Source: an uncultured delta proteobacterium (GTDB taxonomy: Bacteria; Myxococcota_A; Polyangia; Fen-1088). Taken from it: 64,000 nt of DNA. Position 1 is the first letter of the stretch, and each line of letters starts with the position of its first letter. Below the pieces are notes generated by a model. It saw only the letters and a list, made by a program, of their open reading frames with translations, searched no databases and had not been told where the DNA came from. The translations under genes and the position numbers were made by a program. Below are positions 46,330 through 55,776 of the stretch, piece by piece. The stretch is from positions 35,872 through 99,871 of the forward strand of contig CAWCMR010000012.1 in assembly GCA_963796685.1 (NCBI GenBank), in the 5' to 3' direction.

Positions 46330-48513
46330 CTAGTATTTCCCCGGCATGCTGCCGAGCCGGGCGGCTTCGGCGCCGAGCGCGCGAGCTCCCATGATCCACG
46401 GCGGCACGACCTCGGCACTTTCGAACACCAGACCGCGCAGGGAACGCACGATATCCGGGTGGCTGCCGGCGATGTCATCACGTTCACTTGGATCGACGCA
46501 CAGATCGAACAGCGCTTCCCACTCGGCATCGAGATCGCGCATCCATTTGTGGCACCCGGAAACCACGCCTTGCAAGTGATGATCGGGCAGCCATCCTTCG
46601 AAGCGGACGAATGTGTGCGGGGCGGGGCCGCTGTTGCGCAGGAAGGGAACGAGACTGCGCCCCCCCAGCGCTTCGAACTGCCCGGCATCGGCAAGGTCGA
46701 TCAAGGTAGGGGTCACATCGAGGGTGCTGACCAGGGTCGAAATTCTGCGCGGCGCACCCAGGCCAGCCGATTCCGGGGCACAGAGCACAAGCGGTACGCG
46801 AAGTTCTTCGTCGAAGAGCGTGCTTTCGTGCGTGTAGCTGCCGTGTTCACCGAAGGCCTCGCCGTGGTCGGCGGTCAGCACCACCAACGCCTCGGCGGGA
46901 AGCGATTCAAGAAAGTCCGCCAGTTGTCCGTCAAGCACCCCAGCCGCCCGCCGATAGTCGGCGAGCTGCGTTCCACCCAGATAGGGCGCATGCGTATCAA
47001 GTAAATGCGTCCACAGCAGCATGGGACGTCCCACCGGTTTGCGTTCGAGTGCTGCCCTGGCCTGCGGCAGAACCTCGCTGGCCGGCGTGGTCACACGAGG
47101 GCTAGGTGGCACGCGTATGTCATCGAAGCCGTAAAAGAAGAAAAGCAGCGGTGGCTGGAACGGCACGATCGCGCTGTTGAAGTAGCCAGCCCGTCGAAGC
47201 ACGGTGGCCAAGGTCGGTGGCTGTGACTGCGCATGCGCGTCCAGCCCCCCGGGCGGCGGTACGATGGCAATCCGGTAGTCGCTGCGGAGATAGCGCGCCT
47301 CTGTCCCGGTCAGCAGTGCGGAGACCGCAAGTGAGGTGAAATTGGAAGCCGAGCGCGCTTGATCGAAACGAAGACATCGATCGGCCCAGCGGCTGGTGCG
47401 TGGCATCCAAGCGAGCGCATCCGCCCGCAAGGCATCGACGGTCACCAAGAACACGTCCGGTCGGAAGCGACCTTCGCCTGCTGGGGAAGGTGCGGCAACA
47501 CGAGGCGGCGGAACCGTCCTGGCATCCGAACCGGTGCAATCTTCGTCGATTCCGTTGCCCGGTAGGTCCTCGGCCGTGGGGCTGCGCCCTGGATCGGAAT
47601 CGTCGCAGTCGAACCCGAGCAACCCCGAACTGCCGTCGCCATCGAAGTCCGTCAGCCTGTGTAGCAGCACGAGTCCGAGGGCGGAGAAGGGGGCGTGAAC
47701 CGAGGCAAATCGGCGCTGCGATGGCATCCGACCATCGACGGCAAGCCCTAGCAACGCCACCGCGCCGAGCGCCGCCACCACGGGTCGTGGCAGCCGCATG
47801 GCCGGTGCCACGGTCACCAGCAAGAAGGCCACGCCAGCGATAGCAAGATGGAAACCCGCGATACGCGGGAAGACCAGAAACCCCAAGAACGCGAGCTCGA
47901 CGCTCCAAGACAAGCGGCCAAGCCAAGTCGGGCGAGCGCTCCCGGCCAGCGCCGCACAGCCCACTGACGGGTCGGCGGCGACTGGGTTCCGGCCGGCATG
48001 GCGTCGCGCCGCGAGGGCGAGCTCGAAGGCGATGCCAAGTGCGACCGCGGCACAGGCAAAAACGGCGGCCGCTCGCCAGGCCAGCTGGTACCGCCGCGCC
48101 GCCAGCGGCGTAAGCGCGACGGTCGCTGCCACGAACAGCGCGAATATGCGCAGCGCCGGGGCCGTGGAACATAGGTCGTCGCGCGCCCATGAAGCGGCCT
48201 GCGCCACCCGGCGAGCAACAGCACTGCGTGCGGCCACCAGACAGAAGGCAGCGAGGGCGAGCCAGGCGACCGCGACAAGCGCCGCCAACCGCCCAAGCCG
48301 CGCCAGGGTGTCAAGCACCAACCAGCGGCCGTGCGGCAGGTTGTGGGTGTCGAATACCAAACGCGCTAGGATTTCGCCGCCTAGAAGTGCCAGTGCAACC
48401 GTAAGGAGTCGGCCAAGAGCCTCGCGTCGAACCTCGGTGGCCCACTCACGTGCGGCCGGGAAGCCCTGGTCATCGCGGGAGCGGGGCGGCTGTGCTGGCT
48501 CTTCGGACGGCAT
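46330..48513 (-). CDS. Membrane-anchored sulfatase/alkaline-phosphatase-fold hydrolase or transferase with a DCDD..GIDEDC metal-binding motif
   Basis: N-terminal TM bundle, LVTVDALRAD, FTSLAVSALLTG, HLLDTHAPY, TADHGEAFGEHG and LFDL..DP.E. Confidence 0.82.
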   Translation of the reverse strand: MPSEEPAQPPRSRDDQGFPAAREWATEVRREALGRLLTVALALLGGEILARLVFDTHNLPHGRWLVLDTLARLGRLAALVAVAWLALAAFCLVAARSAVARRVAQAASWARDDLCSTAPALRIFALFVAATVALTPLAARRYQLAWRAAAVFACAAVALGIAFELALAARRHAGRNPVAADPSVGCAALAGSARPTWLGRLSWSVELAFLGFLVFPRIAGFHLAIAGVAFLLVTVAPAMRLPRPVVAALGAVALLGLAVDGRMPSQRRFASVHAPFSALGLVLLHRLTDFDGDGSSGLLGFDCDDSDPGRSPTAEDLPGNGIDEDCTGSDARTVPPPRVAAPSPAGEGRFRPDVFLVTVDALRADALAWMPRTSRWADRCLRFDQARSASNFTSLAVSALLTGTEARYLRSDYRIAIVPPPGGLDAHAQSQPPTLATVLRRAGYFNSAIVPFQPPLLFFFYGFDDIRVPPSPRVTTPASEVLPQARAALERKPVGRPMLLWTHLLDTHAPYLGGTQLADYRRAAGVLDGQLADFLESLPAEALVVLTADHGEAFGEHGSYTHESTLFDEELRVPLVLCAPESAGLGAPRRISTLVSTLDVTPTLIDLADAGQFEALGGRSLVPFLRNSGPAPHTFVRFEGWLPDHHLQGVVSGCHKWMRDLDAEWEALFDLCVDPSERDDIAGSHPDIVRSLRGLVFESAEVVPPWIMGARALGAEAARLGSMPGKY

Positions 48514-48701
48514 GGCGAAGTGCAACCTGTTCTACCCCGGAACGCCGTCGAAGGGAGGCCAAGTACTCGGCTACGGTCCGTTGCCCACGCATCGCACCTT
48601 GGCGGTGGGGAAGTAGCCTGGAAAGGGGAGCCATGGCACACAGCCGGAGCAGGAGCCGCAGTTGACTTCGGCTGCGAGCCGTTGCCTCATCGTCTTTCTT
48701 C

Positions 48702-49691
48702 GTGACAAGCGTTTTCGACAAAGCAAAGAAGCTCCACGGGCAGTACACGCCCTGGATTTCGCTCGGCCTCGGCGTGCTGGCGCGCGCCCTCAGCCACCAG
48801 GGTGTGGATTTCGCGCCCAAGGCCGTGGCCATCGTGGCCCTGGCGTGGCTTGTGCCCCTGGCGGCGGCGCGCTGGCTGCACGCGCCAGCCGAGGGCGTTG
48901 TGGAAGGCAGGCTTCACAAGTTCCTTCGCACCGCCAGCCCGGCGGTTACGGTCCTGCTCTACAAGAACGTGCTCTTCTTTCTGGTTCCGGTCTGGTTCGG
49001 ATCGGCGAGCTTCGGATCGATCAACATCATCGTGCCGCTCCTTCTCGCCGGCATGGCGCTCTTGACCTGCTTCGCCGGCACCTACCGCGAGCTGGTGCTC
49101 GACGAGCCACGGGTGCGCGTGCTGTGGACCGCCATCGTGCTCTTCGCCGCCCTGGTCCCGGCGACCGCGGTCGTGGCTCTCACCTCGCCAAGGACCTCCA
49201 TCGCGATCGCGGCCCTGGTGGCCTCGGCCGTGGCCTGGGTCGCGCTGGCGCCCAAGTCGAATCTGTTCTCGGCGCAGGGACTGAAATCGCTGGCGCAGAT
49301 TTCCCTGCCGGCCGCCGCCCTGCTTGGCCTCGCGGCCCCGCTGTTTCCACCCGTGCCCATGGTTTGCCACGATCACGGTGCAGGGACCGCGGTGGTGAAG
49401 CGTCAGCTCGATGGGCGGGCGAAGCACTTTTCGCGCGACGGCTCGCGCGTGTATGCCTGGTTCTCGGTGAGCTTGCCCAGCCGCAGTCGCCAGCGGGTCG
49501 CATTCCAGTGGTACCACGAGGGTGTGCCCGTGGGCGGTCTCTTGCACGCGACCGTCGAGGGGGGCCGAAAAGAGGGTTACCGCACGTGGTCCTACCACAC
49601 GGCCCCGGTCATCGGCTCGTGGCGCGTGGATCTGCTCACCGACCGATCGTCGCAGCTCATCGGCCGCTGCTCGTTCGAGGTCGATCCCTAG
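48702..49691 (+). CDS. DUF2914-containing membrane protein
   Basis: About seven TM helices, then VYAWFSV..P...W...GGRKEGYRTWS...GSWRVD. Confidence 0.8.
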   Translation: MTSVFDKAKKLHGQYTPWISLGLGVLARALSHQGVDFAPKAVAIVALAWLVPLAAARWLHAPAEGVVEGRLHKFLRTASPAVTVLLYKNVLFFLVPVWFGSASFGSINIIVPLLLAGMALLTCFAGTYRELVLDEPRVRVLWTAIVLFAALVPATAVVALTSPRTSIAIAALVASAVAWVALAPKSNLFSAQGLKSLAQISLPAAALLGLAAPLFPPVPMVCHDHGAGTAVVKRQLDGRAKHFSRDGSRVYAWFSVSLPSRSRQRVAFQWYHEGVPVGGLLHATVEGGRKEGYRTWSYHTAPVIGSWRVDLLTDRSSQLIGRCSFEVDP

Positions 49692-49779
49692 ATGGCCACG
49701 ACGCGACAAATCCCGCCTGTGCTCGCTTCCAAGGGGGTAATTGGGGTAGTTTGCCGGGTCAGTGGCTTCGTCGGCGTCC

Positions 49780-50685
49780 ATGGATCCTGACTCGCGCGAT
49801 TCGCGCGGTTTGCGTGATGTGCAACGGCGGCGGTTGTCCGTCGTGGTGGCGGCCGCGATCGTCGCGCTGGCGCTGGTCGAAACCGTGAATTCCCTCGTAG
49901 CGCCCTTTCGCGCCCCCACCGAGAAGGACTGGGCGTCTGCCGCGGCCCGGGTGCGCGCCGGGTTTCGCGCCGGCGACCTGATCGTCGCTGCTCCCGCCTG
50001 GGCCGACCCGCTCATGCGGTTGCAACTGGGCGATCTCGTACCCATGTCGGTGGCCGGGCGGATGGACAGTGCCCGCTACGGGCGCATCTGGGAAATTTCG
50101 CAGCGGGGCGCGCGTGCGGTGGACACGGCGGGCGCGCGCCGCGCCGAGACCTCGCGCCACGGTGCCCTGACCGTGAACCGGTGGGAAAGACCGGCCGCCA
50201 AGGTGACCTTCGATCTGCTCGCCGAGTGGCACCGGGCCGAGGTTTCCATGGTGACGCCCGATCGCGTAGACGTACCCTGCGCCTTCGCACAGGATCGCTT
50301 TCAGTGTCTCGGAGGTGGTTCAATCAAGCCCGAGTTGCTCGAGATCGACTTCACCCTGCGCAACGCTCTGGCCGTCGACCCTGTCGAACGCTCCACGTTG
50401 GTCGTGGCCTTCTCCGACGTGCCCCTGGGGCGCGAGCTCGCCGTTGCCGGCGGCCTGCACAGCGTGTGGCTGCGCAAGCTGGGCGAGGGCAAGGTTCGGC
50501 TGCGGGTTCTCGTCGACGGCCGCGAGCTGGGCGTGATCGAGGCCACGAGCCAAAGCGGCTGGGGGCGCAAGAGTTTCGACACCTCCGCGCTGGCAGGCAA
50601 GACTGGCCAGGTGCGTTTCGAGATCACGGTCGACAAGGCCAATGCGCGCCACTTCGGGTTCGCGGCGGAGGCGCGCACGCCATGA
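49780..50685 (+). CDS. Membrane-anchored periplasmic protein (GT-C accessory-like domain plus beta-sandwich)
   Basis: Single TM helix, DWASAAARVRAGFRAGDLIVAAP and C-terminal LRVLVDG...FDTSALAGK..QVRFEI. ATGA overlap with the next gene. Confidence 0.7.
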   Translation: MDPDSRDSRGLRDVQRRRLSVVVAAAIVALALVETVNSLVAPFRAPTEKDWASAAARVRAGFRAGDLIVAAPAWADPLMRLQLGDLVPMSVAGRMDSARYGRIWEISQRGARAVDTAGARRAETSRHGALTVNRWERPAAKVTFDLLAEWHRAEVSMVTPDRVDVPCAFAQDRFQCLGGGSIKPELLEIDFTLRNALAVDPVERSTLVVAFSDVPLGRELAVAGGLHSVWLRKLGEGKVRLRVLVDGRELGVIEATSQSGWGRKSFDTSALAGKTGQVRFEITVDKANARHFGFAAEARTP

Positions 50686-52535
50686 CGGACGAGCCGGTGC
50701 CGGTGCCATCGAGGTCGTCTCGCATGCGGTGGGAGTGGCTGCTGCCGCTGGTCTTGGCCGTCGCCACGTCGTCGTGGATGCTGTCCGTCGAGGGCCGGCA
50801 AGGGATCGGGCGCGACGAGTCCCAGTACTTCCGTTCCGGTGAACGCTACTGGGGCTGGTTCGAGTCGGTGTGGAAGAACCTGCGCGAAGGGTATCCCGGC
50901 CGCGCCTTCACCCGCGCGGCGGTGGATGGCACCTGGGAGGACAACCACGAGCACCCGCCGCTGATGAAGATCCTGTTCGGCGTGTCCTGGCGCTTGTTCC
51001 ATACCTGCAACTGCACCGGGCCCATGCGCAGCTTGCACCCCATCCCCATCACGGGACGGCACATCACCTTGCCGCTTTTCAAACGCGACTCGAGCGCCTT
51101 CCGGTTTCCTGCCATCCTGCTCGCCGGTCTGGGCGTGGCACTCGTGTATTGGCTGGCCAGACGCTTCTTGCGGCCTGTGCCCTCCGCCGTCGCGGCCGTG
51201 CTGTCCGTGGCCGAGCCGCACTACTTCTTTCACGCCCAGATCTCCTGTTTCGATGTTCCCATCACGGTGATGGCCGTGCTGGTGGCACTGGCGTACTGGA
51301 AATCCCTGCGCTCCCGTCGTTGGGGAATCCTGTGCGGGATCTTTTGGGGACTGGCGCTCGCGACCAAGCACAACGCCTGGCTCTTTCCCATCTTCCTGCT
51401 CGCCCACTACCTGTGGATTCGGCGCGGGGACGCGCGTCGCTTGCGGTTTCCTCGCCCACCGCTCGCCTTCGTCTCCATGGCCACGCTGGGACCGCTCGTG
51501 CTCTTCATCCTGTGGCCGTGGCTGTGGCACGCGCCCGTGGCGCGCACGCGCGGCTGGCTGGAGCGGCACATGCATCACGAGCACTACAACTTCGAGTACC
51601 TGGGCCGCAACTGGAACCTGCCGCCCACGGAGACGAAGCTGAAGCTCCTGCGCGCGACGTTCCCGTTCGTCTCGACCTTCTTCACCTTGCCGGTGACGAC
51701 CCTGGCCCTCTCTGCTCTCGGAACCGTGGTGTTCTTTCGTCGTCGTCGCCGCCGCGGGGCAGAGAGCTCGCGGGTCTTGCTCGACGATTCGCCCACCGCC
51801 CTGCGCCCCTCGTGGACGCGGCCGGGCGTGGACGTGGATCGCGCCCCCGGCGTATTCCTGGCCATTCAGATCGCGGGCCCGGTCCTCATCCTGGCTTTGC
51901 CCAGCACGCCGATCTTCGGGGGCGTGAAGCACTTCCTGCCCGCCATGCCGTTTCTTTGCGTGCTGGCCGGCGCGGGGGCGGCGTGGCTCATCGAGGTCGC
52001 GCGCAAGACGCTCTCGACACCGCGCTTGTCACGAGCCCTGCCCGCCGCGCTGGCGGGCCTCCTGTGCATGCCCGCGGTGGCCGAAACCGTACGCTCGCAC
52101 CCGGATGGGCTCGGCTGGTACAACATGCTGGCCGGCGGCTTCGCCGGCGGCGCCAGCCTGGGCATGAACCGGCAGTTCTGGGGCTACTCGGCGCTGCCCA
52201 TCTTGCCCTGGATGGTCCAGCATCGGCCGGCCTCGAATCGCATCTACTGGCACGACGTTCTGCACGATGCCGTGGTCATGTATATTCGGGACGGTCGGCT
52301 GCCACTCGGGATCGGCGACGTCGGGGTGGGAGAGCAAGTCGTCGAACAGTCGGATATGGGCATCTTGATCCTGGAGAAGCATTTCACCCTGTACGAAGGA
52401 CTGGAGTGGCAAGCGTACCGCACCACCCGCCCGTCCATCGTCTACGCCCACGAAGGCGTGCCCTTCGTGGGCGGTTACGAGCGCCACGCAGCGCCGCGCG
52501 TGCCACCACCGCGGCCGGAGATCTTTGCACCATGA
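50682..52535 (+). CDS. GT39/ArnT (PMT_2)-like glycosyltransferase
   Basis: First-loop RDESQY, EHPPLMK, AFR, FDVP, LALATKHN, LWPWLW and GVKHFLP. Confidence 0.85.
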   Translation: MTDEPVPVPSRSSRMRWEWLLPLVLAVATSSWMLSVEGRQGIGRDESQYFRSGERYWGWFESVWKNLREGYPGRAFTRAAVDGTWEDNHEHPPLMKILFGVSWRLFHTCNCTGPMRSLHPIPITGRHITLPLFKRDSSAFRFPAILLAGLGVALVYWLARRFLRPVPSAVAAVLSVAEPHYFFHAQISCFDVPITVMAVLVALAYWKSLRSRRWGILCGIFWGLALATKHNAWLFPIFLLAHYLWIRRGDARRLRFPRPPLAFVSMATLGPLVLFILWPWLWHAPVARTRGWLERHMHHEHYNFEYLGRNWNLPPTETKLKLLRATFPFVSTFFTLPVTTLALSALGTVVFFRRRRRRGAESSRVLLDDSPTALRPSWTRPGVDVDRAPGVFLAIQIAGPVLILALPSTPIFGGVKHFLPAMPFLCVLAGAGAAWLIEVARKTLSTPRLSRALPAALAGLLCMPAVAETVRSHPDGLGWYNMLAGGFAGGASLGMNRQFWGYSALPILPWMVQHRPASNRIYWHDVLHDAVVMYIRDGRLPLGIGDVGVGEQVVEQSDMGILILEKHFTLYEGLEWQAYRTTRPSIVYAHEGVPFVGGYERHAAPRVPPPRPEIFAP

Positions 52536-53935
52536 GTTGTTTCCAACGTTTGTTCGCGAGTCGCTGGGGTCTGGTTGTGATCTATTTCGTCTTTCTGGGC
52601 GCGTACCTCGGCGCTTCCGGCGGACGGTTGCGCCAGCACTCGCAGTACAACCACTTCGTCTACCTGGCCGAAGGGTGGCTCAAGGGGCGGCTGGACATGC
52701 CGGTGCCGCCGCCCAACGAAAACGACTGGGCGCGCGTCGAGGTCTTGCATCTCAAGGACGGGCGAACCCTAAAGGGCATGTTCGGCAAGACCGGGCCCAT
52801 CGATCGGTTCTATCCTCTGCGCGGTCCTTCGCTGACCATCAGCAACGATGAGATCGCCTCGCGCTCGGACATTCGCTACGTATCGTTCCCGCCCTTTCCG
52901 GCCGTGCTCATGCTGCCCTTCGTGGCCGTCGTGCACCTCAAATTCAACGACGTCGTGTTCACGGTCATCTGGGCCGCTCTCAATCCGATGTTGCTGTTTC
53001 TGCTGCTGCGGCGGCTCGCCAAGCGCGGCTACTCGAAGCGCGGCGTGACCGACGATCTGTGGCTCACGGTCATGTTCGGCGTCGGGTCCGTCTACTACTT
53101 CGCCTCGGTGATCGGTCAGGTATGGTTCACCGCGCACGTCATCGCCGTGACCTGCGTGATCGGCTACGCCTGGGCCAGCCTGGATGCGGCCCATCCTGCG
53201 CTGGCCGGGCTGTGCGTGGGACTGGGATTTGCCACCCGCACCCCGCTGGGCTTCATGGTCCCATTTTTCGTCTTCGAAGCAGTGCGCGCCGGTGGCGGTT
53301 GGGAACGGTTGCGCAAATTGCGCAAGCAAGGCCTGCCGCCGGGGTTGCTGTCCAAGTTGCTCCGCTTCGCTCTCCCCTCGGGCGCCATCCTGGCGGTGTT
53401 GCTGGTACACAACTACCTGCGTTTCGAGCAGTTCACCGAGTTCGGGCACAAATACCTCAACATCGGCTGGCAAGACCGCATGCAGCGCTTCGGCTTGTTC
53501 AACTACCACTTCCTGTCGCGCAACCTCACCTGCGCGCTCTTGCTCCTGCCGCGCATCTTGAGCCAATACCCGTTCGTCAAGGTCAGCGAGCACGGCATGT
53601 CCATGCTGGTCACCACGCCGACCTTGGCCTATACGGTGGCACCGGCCGAGCACAGCCCGCTCGCCCGCGGCCTCTGGCTCACGATTCTGGCGACCGCGCT
53701 CCCTTCGCTGCTCTACCAGAATTCCGGCTTCCAGCAGTTCGGCTACCGCTTCAGCCTCGACTACATCGTCTTCCTGGTCATGCTGCTGGCCGTGGGTGGC
53801 CGGAAATTCACCTGGCTATTCAAGGCACTGGTCATCTTCGGTGTCGCGGTCAATCTGTTCGGCGCCATCACCTTCGATCGTTTCGGAGGGATCTTCGCCT
53901 ACAACGACACGTTCTTTCCCCACGGGAACAATTAG
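52532..53935 (+). CDS. GT-C-like membrane protein
   Basis: YNHFVYLAEGWLKGRLD, NDWA, YVSFPPFPAVL, VWFTAH, ATR, NY.RF...EFG and QFGYRFSLDY. ATGA overlap with the upstream gene. Confidence 0.72.
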   Translation: MSCFQRLFASRWGLVVIYFVFLGAYLGASGGRLRQHSQYNHFVYLAEGWLKGRLDMPVPPPNENDWARVEVLHLKDGRTLKGMFGKTGPIDRFYPLRGPSLTISNDEIASRSDIRYVSFPPFPAVLMLPFVAVVHLKFNDVVFTVIWAALNPMLLFLLLRRLAKRGYSKRGVTDDLWLTVMFGVGSVYYFASVIGQVWFTAHVIAVTCVIGYAWASLDAAHPALAGLCVGLGFATRTPLGFMVPFFVFEAVRAGGGWERLRKLRKQGLPPGLLSKLLRFALPSGAILAVLLVHNYLRFEQFTEFGHKYLNIGWQDRMQRFGLFNYHFLSRNLTCALLLLPRILSQYPFVKVSEHGMSMLVTTPTLAYTVAPAEHSPLARGLWLTILATALPSLLYQNSGFQQFGYRFSLDYIVFLVMLLAVGGRKFTWLFKALVIFGVAVNLFGAITFDRFGGIFAYNDTFFPHGNN

Positions 53936-53993
53936 TTAGGAGTTCTTCTGGCTGTTGTCCGCGACTGGACTTACGCTGGTCGTAGGTCGAGCC

Positions 53994-55007
53994 ATGCGAA
54001 CCCGGACATCACGCTTCAGGATCCTGTGGGGGGGCCTTCTGCTCTGCGGCTGCGCGACGAGGCCCCTGCCCAAGGCGGCGACCAACGTGGCGCCGGCCTT
54101 GCCCCCGCCCCGCGTGGAGAAGGTGCGTGAACCTCTCGAAGTGACGCCCCTCGAGCTTCATTTTTCGGGTCTGCGCGGCGCGACCAAGGCCAGCGAGCCC
54201 GTGGAGGTCAAGAACACCGGCAGCGAGGCGGTCCAGGTCTCGGACATCCGCGTGGTAGGCAAGAGCGCGGACACGTTCAAGATCGTCGATGTCCCCCTCT
54301 TGCCTGTGGTGCTTCCACCCACATCGTCCTTCTCGTTTTCCGTAGGCTTCGAGCCGGCAGCGGACGCAGACCCAGGTGTGCATCACGCCCGTGTTCGCAT
54401 CGTGCGCAGCGAGGACGATGACGGGCCACCGTGCGATCTGACGGGCCTCGTGACCAAGGGCAGGGATGCGGCGGAAGAGCCACCGTTGCAGCAGATCCTG
54501 GAGGCCCTGGGCTACGACGTGGACGTGGGATCGCCTTCCCTGCTTCTGCCGTACCCGATTGCCGGCGACGAGATCAAGTCGCCGCTCTTCCAGGGGGCCA
54601 AGCCTGGTAACGTCGGTCTCTACCTGATCGCCCGCTACAGCAAAGACGAGGAGATCTCCTTCGGGCACTATGTCGTCCAGGCCGGCAAGCCTATCTGCAG
54701 TAGCATCGGCAGCGCGGCCAAGGGGCACCATCAAACCCTGAATCCCGAGCTTGAGGGGGACAGCCAGACCAGTTTCGATCCCGGCCAGGCGGCATTCGGG
54801 GTCTTCCTCAAGGCCGGTAGGCGAACCTACTATTCCGAGGACGCCTTGAACGCGGGTCCGCACAAACACGCGGCCAAGGTGTTTCCCTTGCGCAGCCGCG
54901 GACGCACGCCTGTGCAGGACGCCTACGTGGTCGCGTTCGACGAAGACGGCAACGGCGACTACCAGGATCACGTGTTCATGCTGTGGAACGTGAAGCCCGT
55001 GCAATAG
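53994..55007 (+). CDS. Lipoprotein with Ig-like (ASH/choice-of-anchor-D-like) domain and uncharacterised C-terminal domain
   Basis: Lipobox LCGC, VKNTG..V.V..I, F.P, EPPLQQI and FDEDGNGDYQD.VF...NVKP. Confidence 0.72.
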   Translation: MRTRTSRFRILWGGLLLCGCATRPLPKAATNVAPALPPPRVEKVREPLEVTPLELHFSGLRGATKASEPVEVKNTGSEAVQVSDIRVVGKSADTFKIVDVPLLPVVLPPTSSFSFSVGFEPAADADPGVHHARVRIVRSEDDDGPPCDLTGLVTKGRDAAEEPPLQQILEALGYDVDVGSPSLLLPYPIAGDEIKSPLFQGAKPGNVGLYLIARYSKDEEISFGHYVVQAGKPICSSIGSAAKGHHQTLNPELEGDSQTSFDPGQAAFGVFLKAGRRTYYSEDALNAGPHKHAAKVFPLRSRGRTPVQDAYVVAFDEDGNGDYQDHVFMLWNVKPVQ

Positions 55008-55073
55008 CGCGTCGGGACATTTCGACAGAACTTCGGCGCGCGCCGAACTTGTGCTAGCCATAGAGAGACAGCC

Positions 55074-55736
55074 ATGACTCAAGTGCCGCCTCGGCAGCCG
55101 CGCAAACGGCCCCGCACCATCGCGGTCGAGGGCCCCATTGGCGCTGGCAAGTCCAGCTTGGCGGAGCTCCTCGCGGCCGACCTGGGCGCGCGCCTGATTC
55201 GAGAAAATCCGGACGAGAATCCGTTTCTCGCTTCCTTCTACAAGGATCCGAAGCGCTTCGCCCTGTCGACCCAGCTGTTCTTTCTCTTGCAGCGCTATGG
55301 TCAGCAGTCCGAGTTTTTGCAGGGCGGGCTGTTCGAACAGGGCGGGGTGGTGTCCGACTACCTGTTCGCCAAGGACCGGCTGTTCGCCACCCTTACCCTG
55401 TCGCCCGAGGAGCTCGCGCTCTACGACCGCGTTTACCAGGCGCTTCGGCCGCGCGTGGCCACGCCCGATTTGGTGGTGTACCTACAGGCTCGCACCGAGG
55501 TGCTTCTGGCCCGCATCGACAAGCGCGGACGGCCCGAGGAGAAGACCATTCGGACGGACTACCTGCGTGAGGTGGCGCGAGCCTATGCCGATTTCTTCTT
55601 CAACTACAGCGATGGTCCCTTGCTCATCGTCGACGCCTCGGAGATCGACTTCGTAGGCGACAAGGAAGATCGGGCGGCCCTGCTCGAAGTCATCGAGAGG
55701 ACCCACGTGGGCATCAATCATTGGAGCCGAAGGTAG
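55074..55736 (+). CDS. Deoxynucleoside kinase
   Basis: IAVEGPIGAGKSSL, NPFL..FY, QLFFL and PDLVVYL. Confidence 0.92.
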   Translation: MTQVPPRQPRKRPRTIAVEGPIGAGKSSLAELLAADLGARLIRENPDENPFLASFYKDPKRFALSTQLFFLLQRYGQQSEFLQGGLFEQGGVVSDYLFAKDRLFATLTLSPEELALYDRVYQALRPRVATPDLVVYLQARTEVLLARIDKRGRPEEKTIRTDYLREVARAYADFFFNYSDGPLLIVDASEIDFVGDKEDRAALLEVIERTHVGINHWSRR

Positions 55737-55776
55737 CTCTGCCCACGGCCCGGCCCCTGCTAGAATGAGCGCCGTC

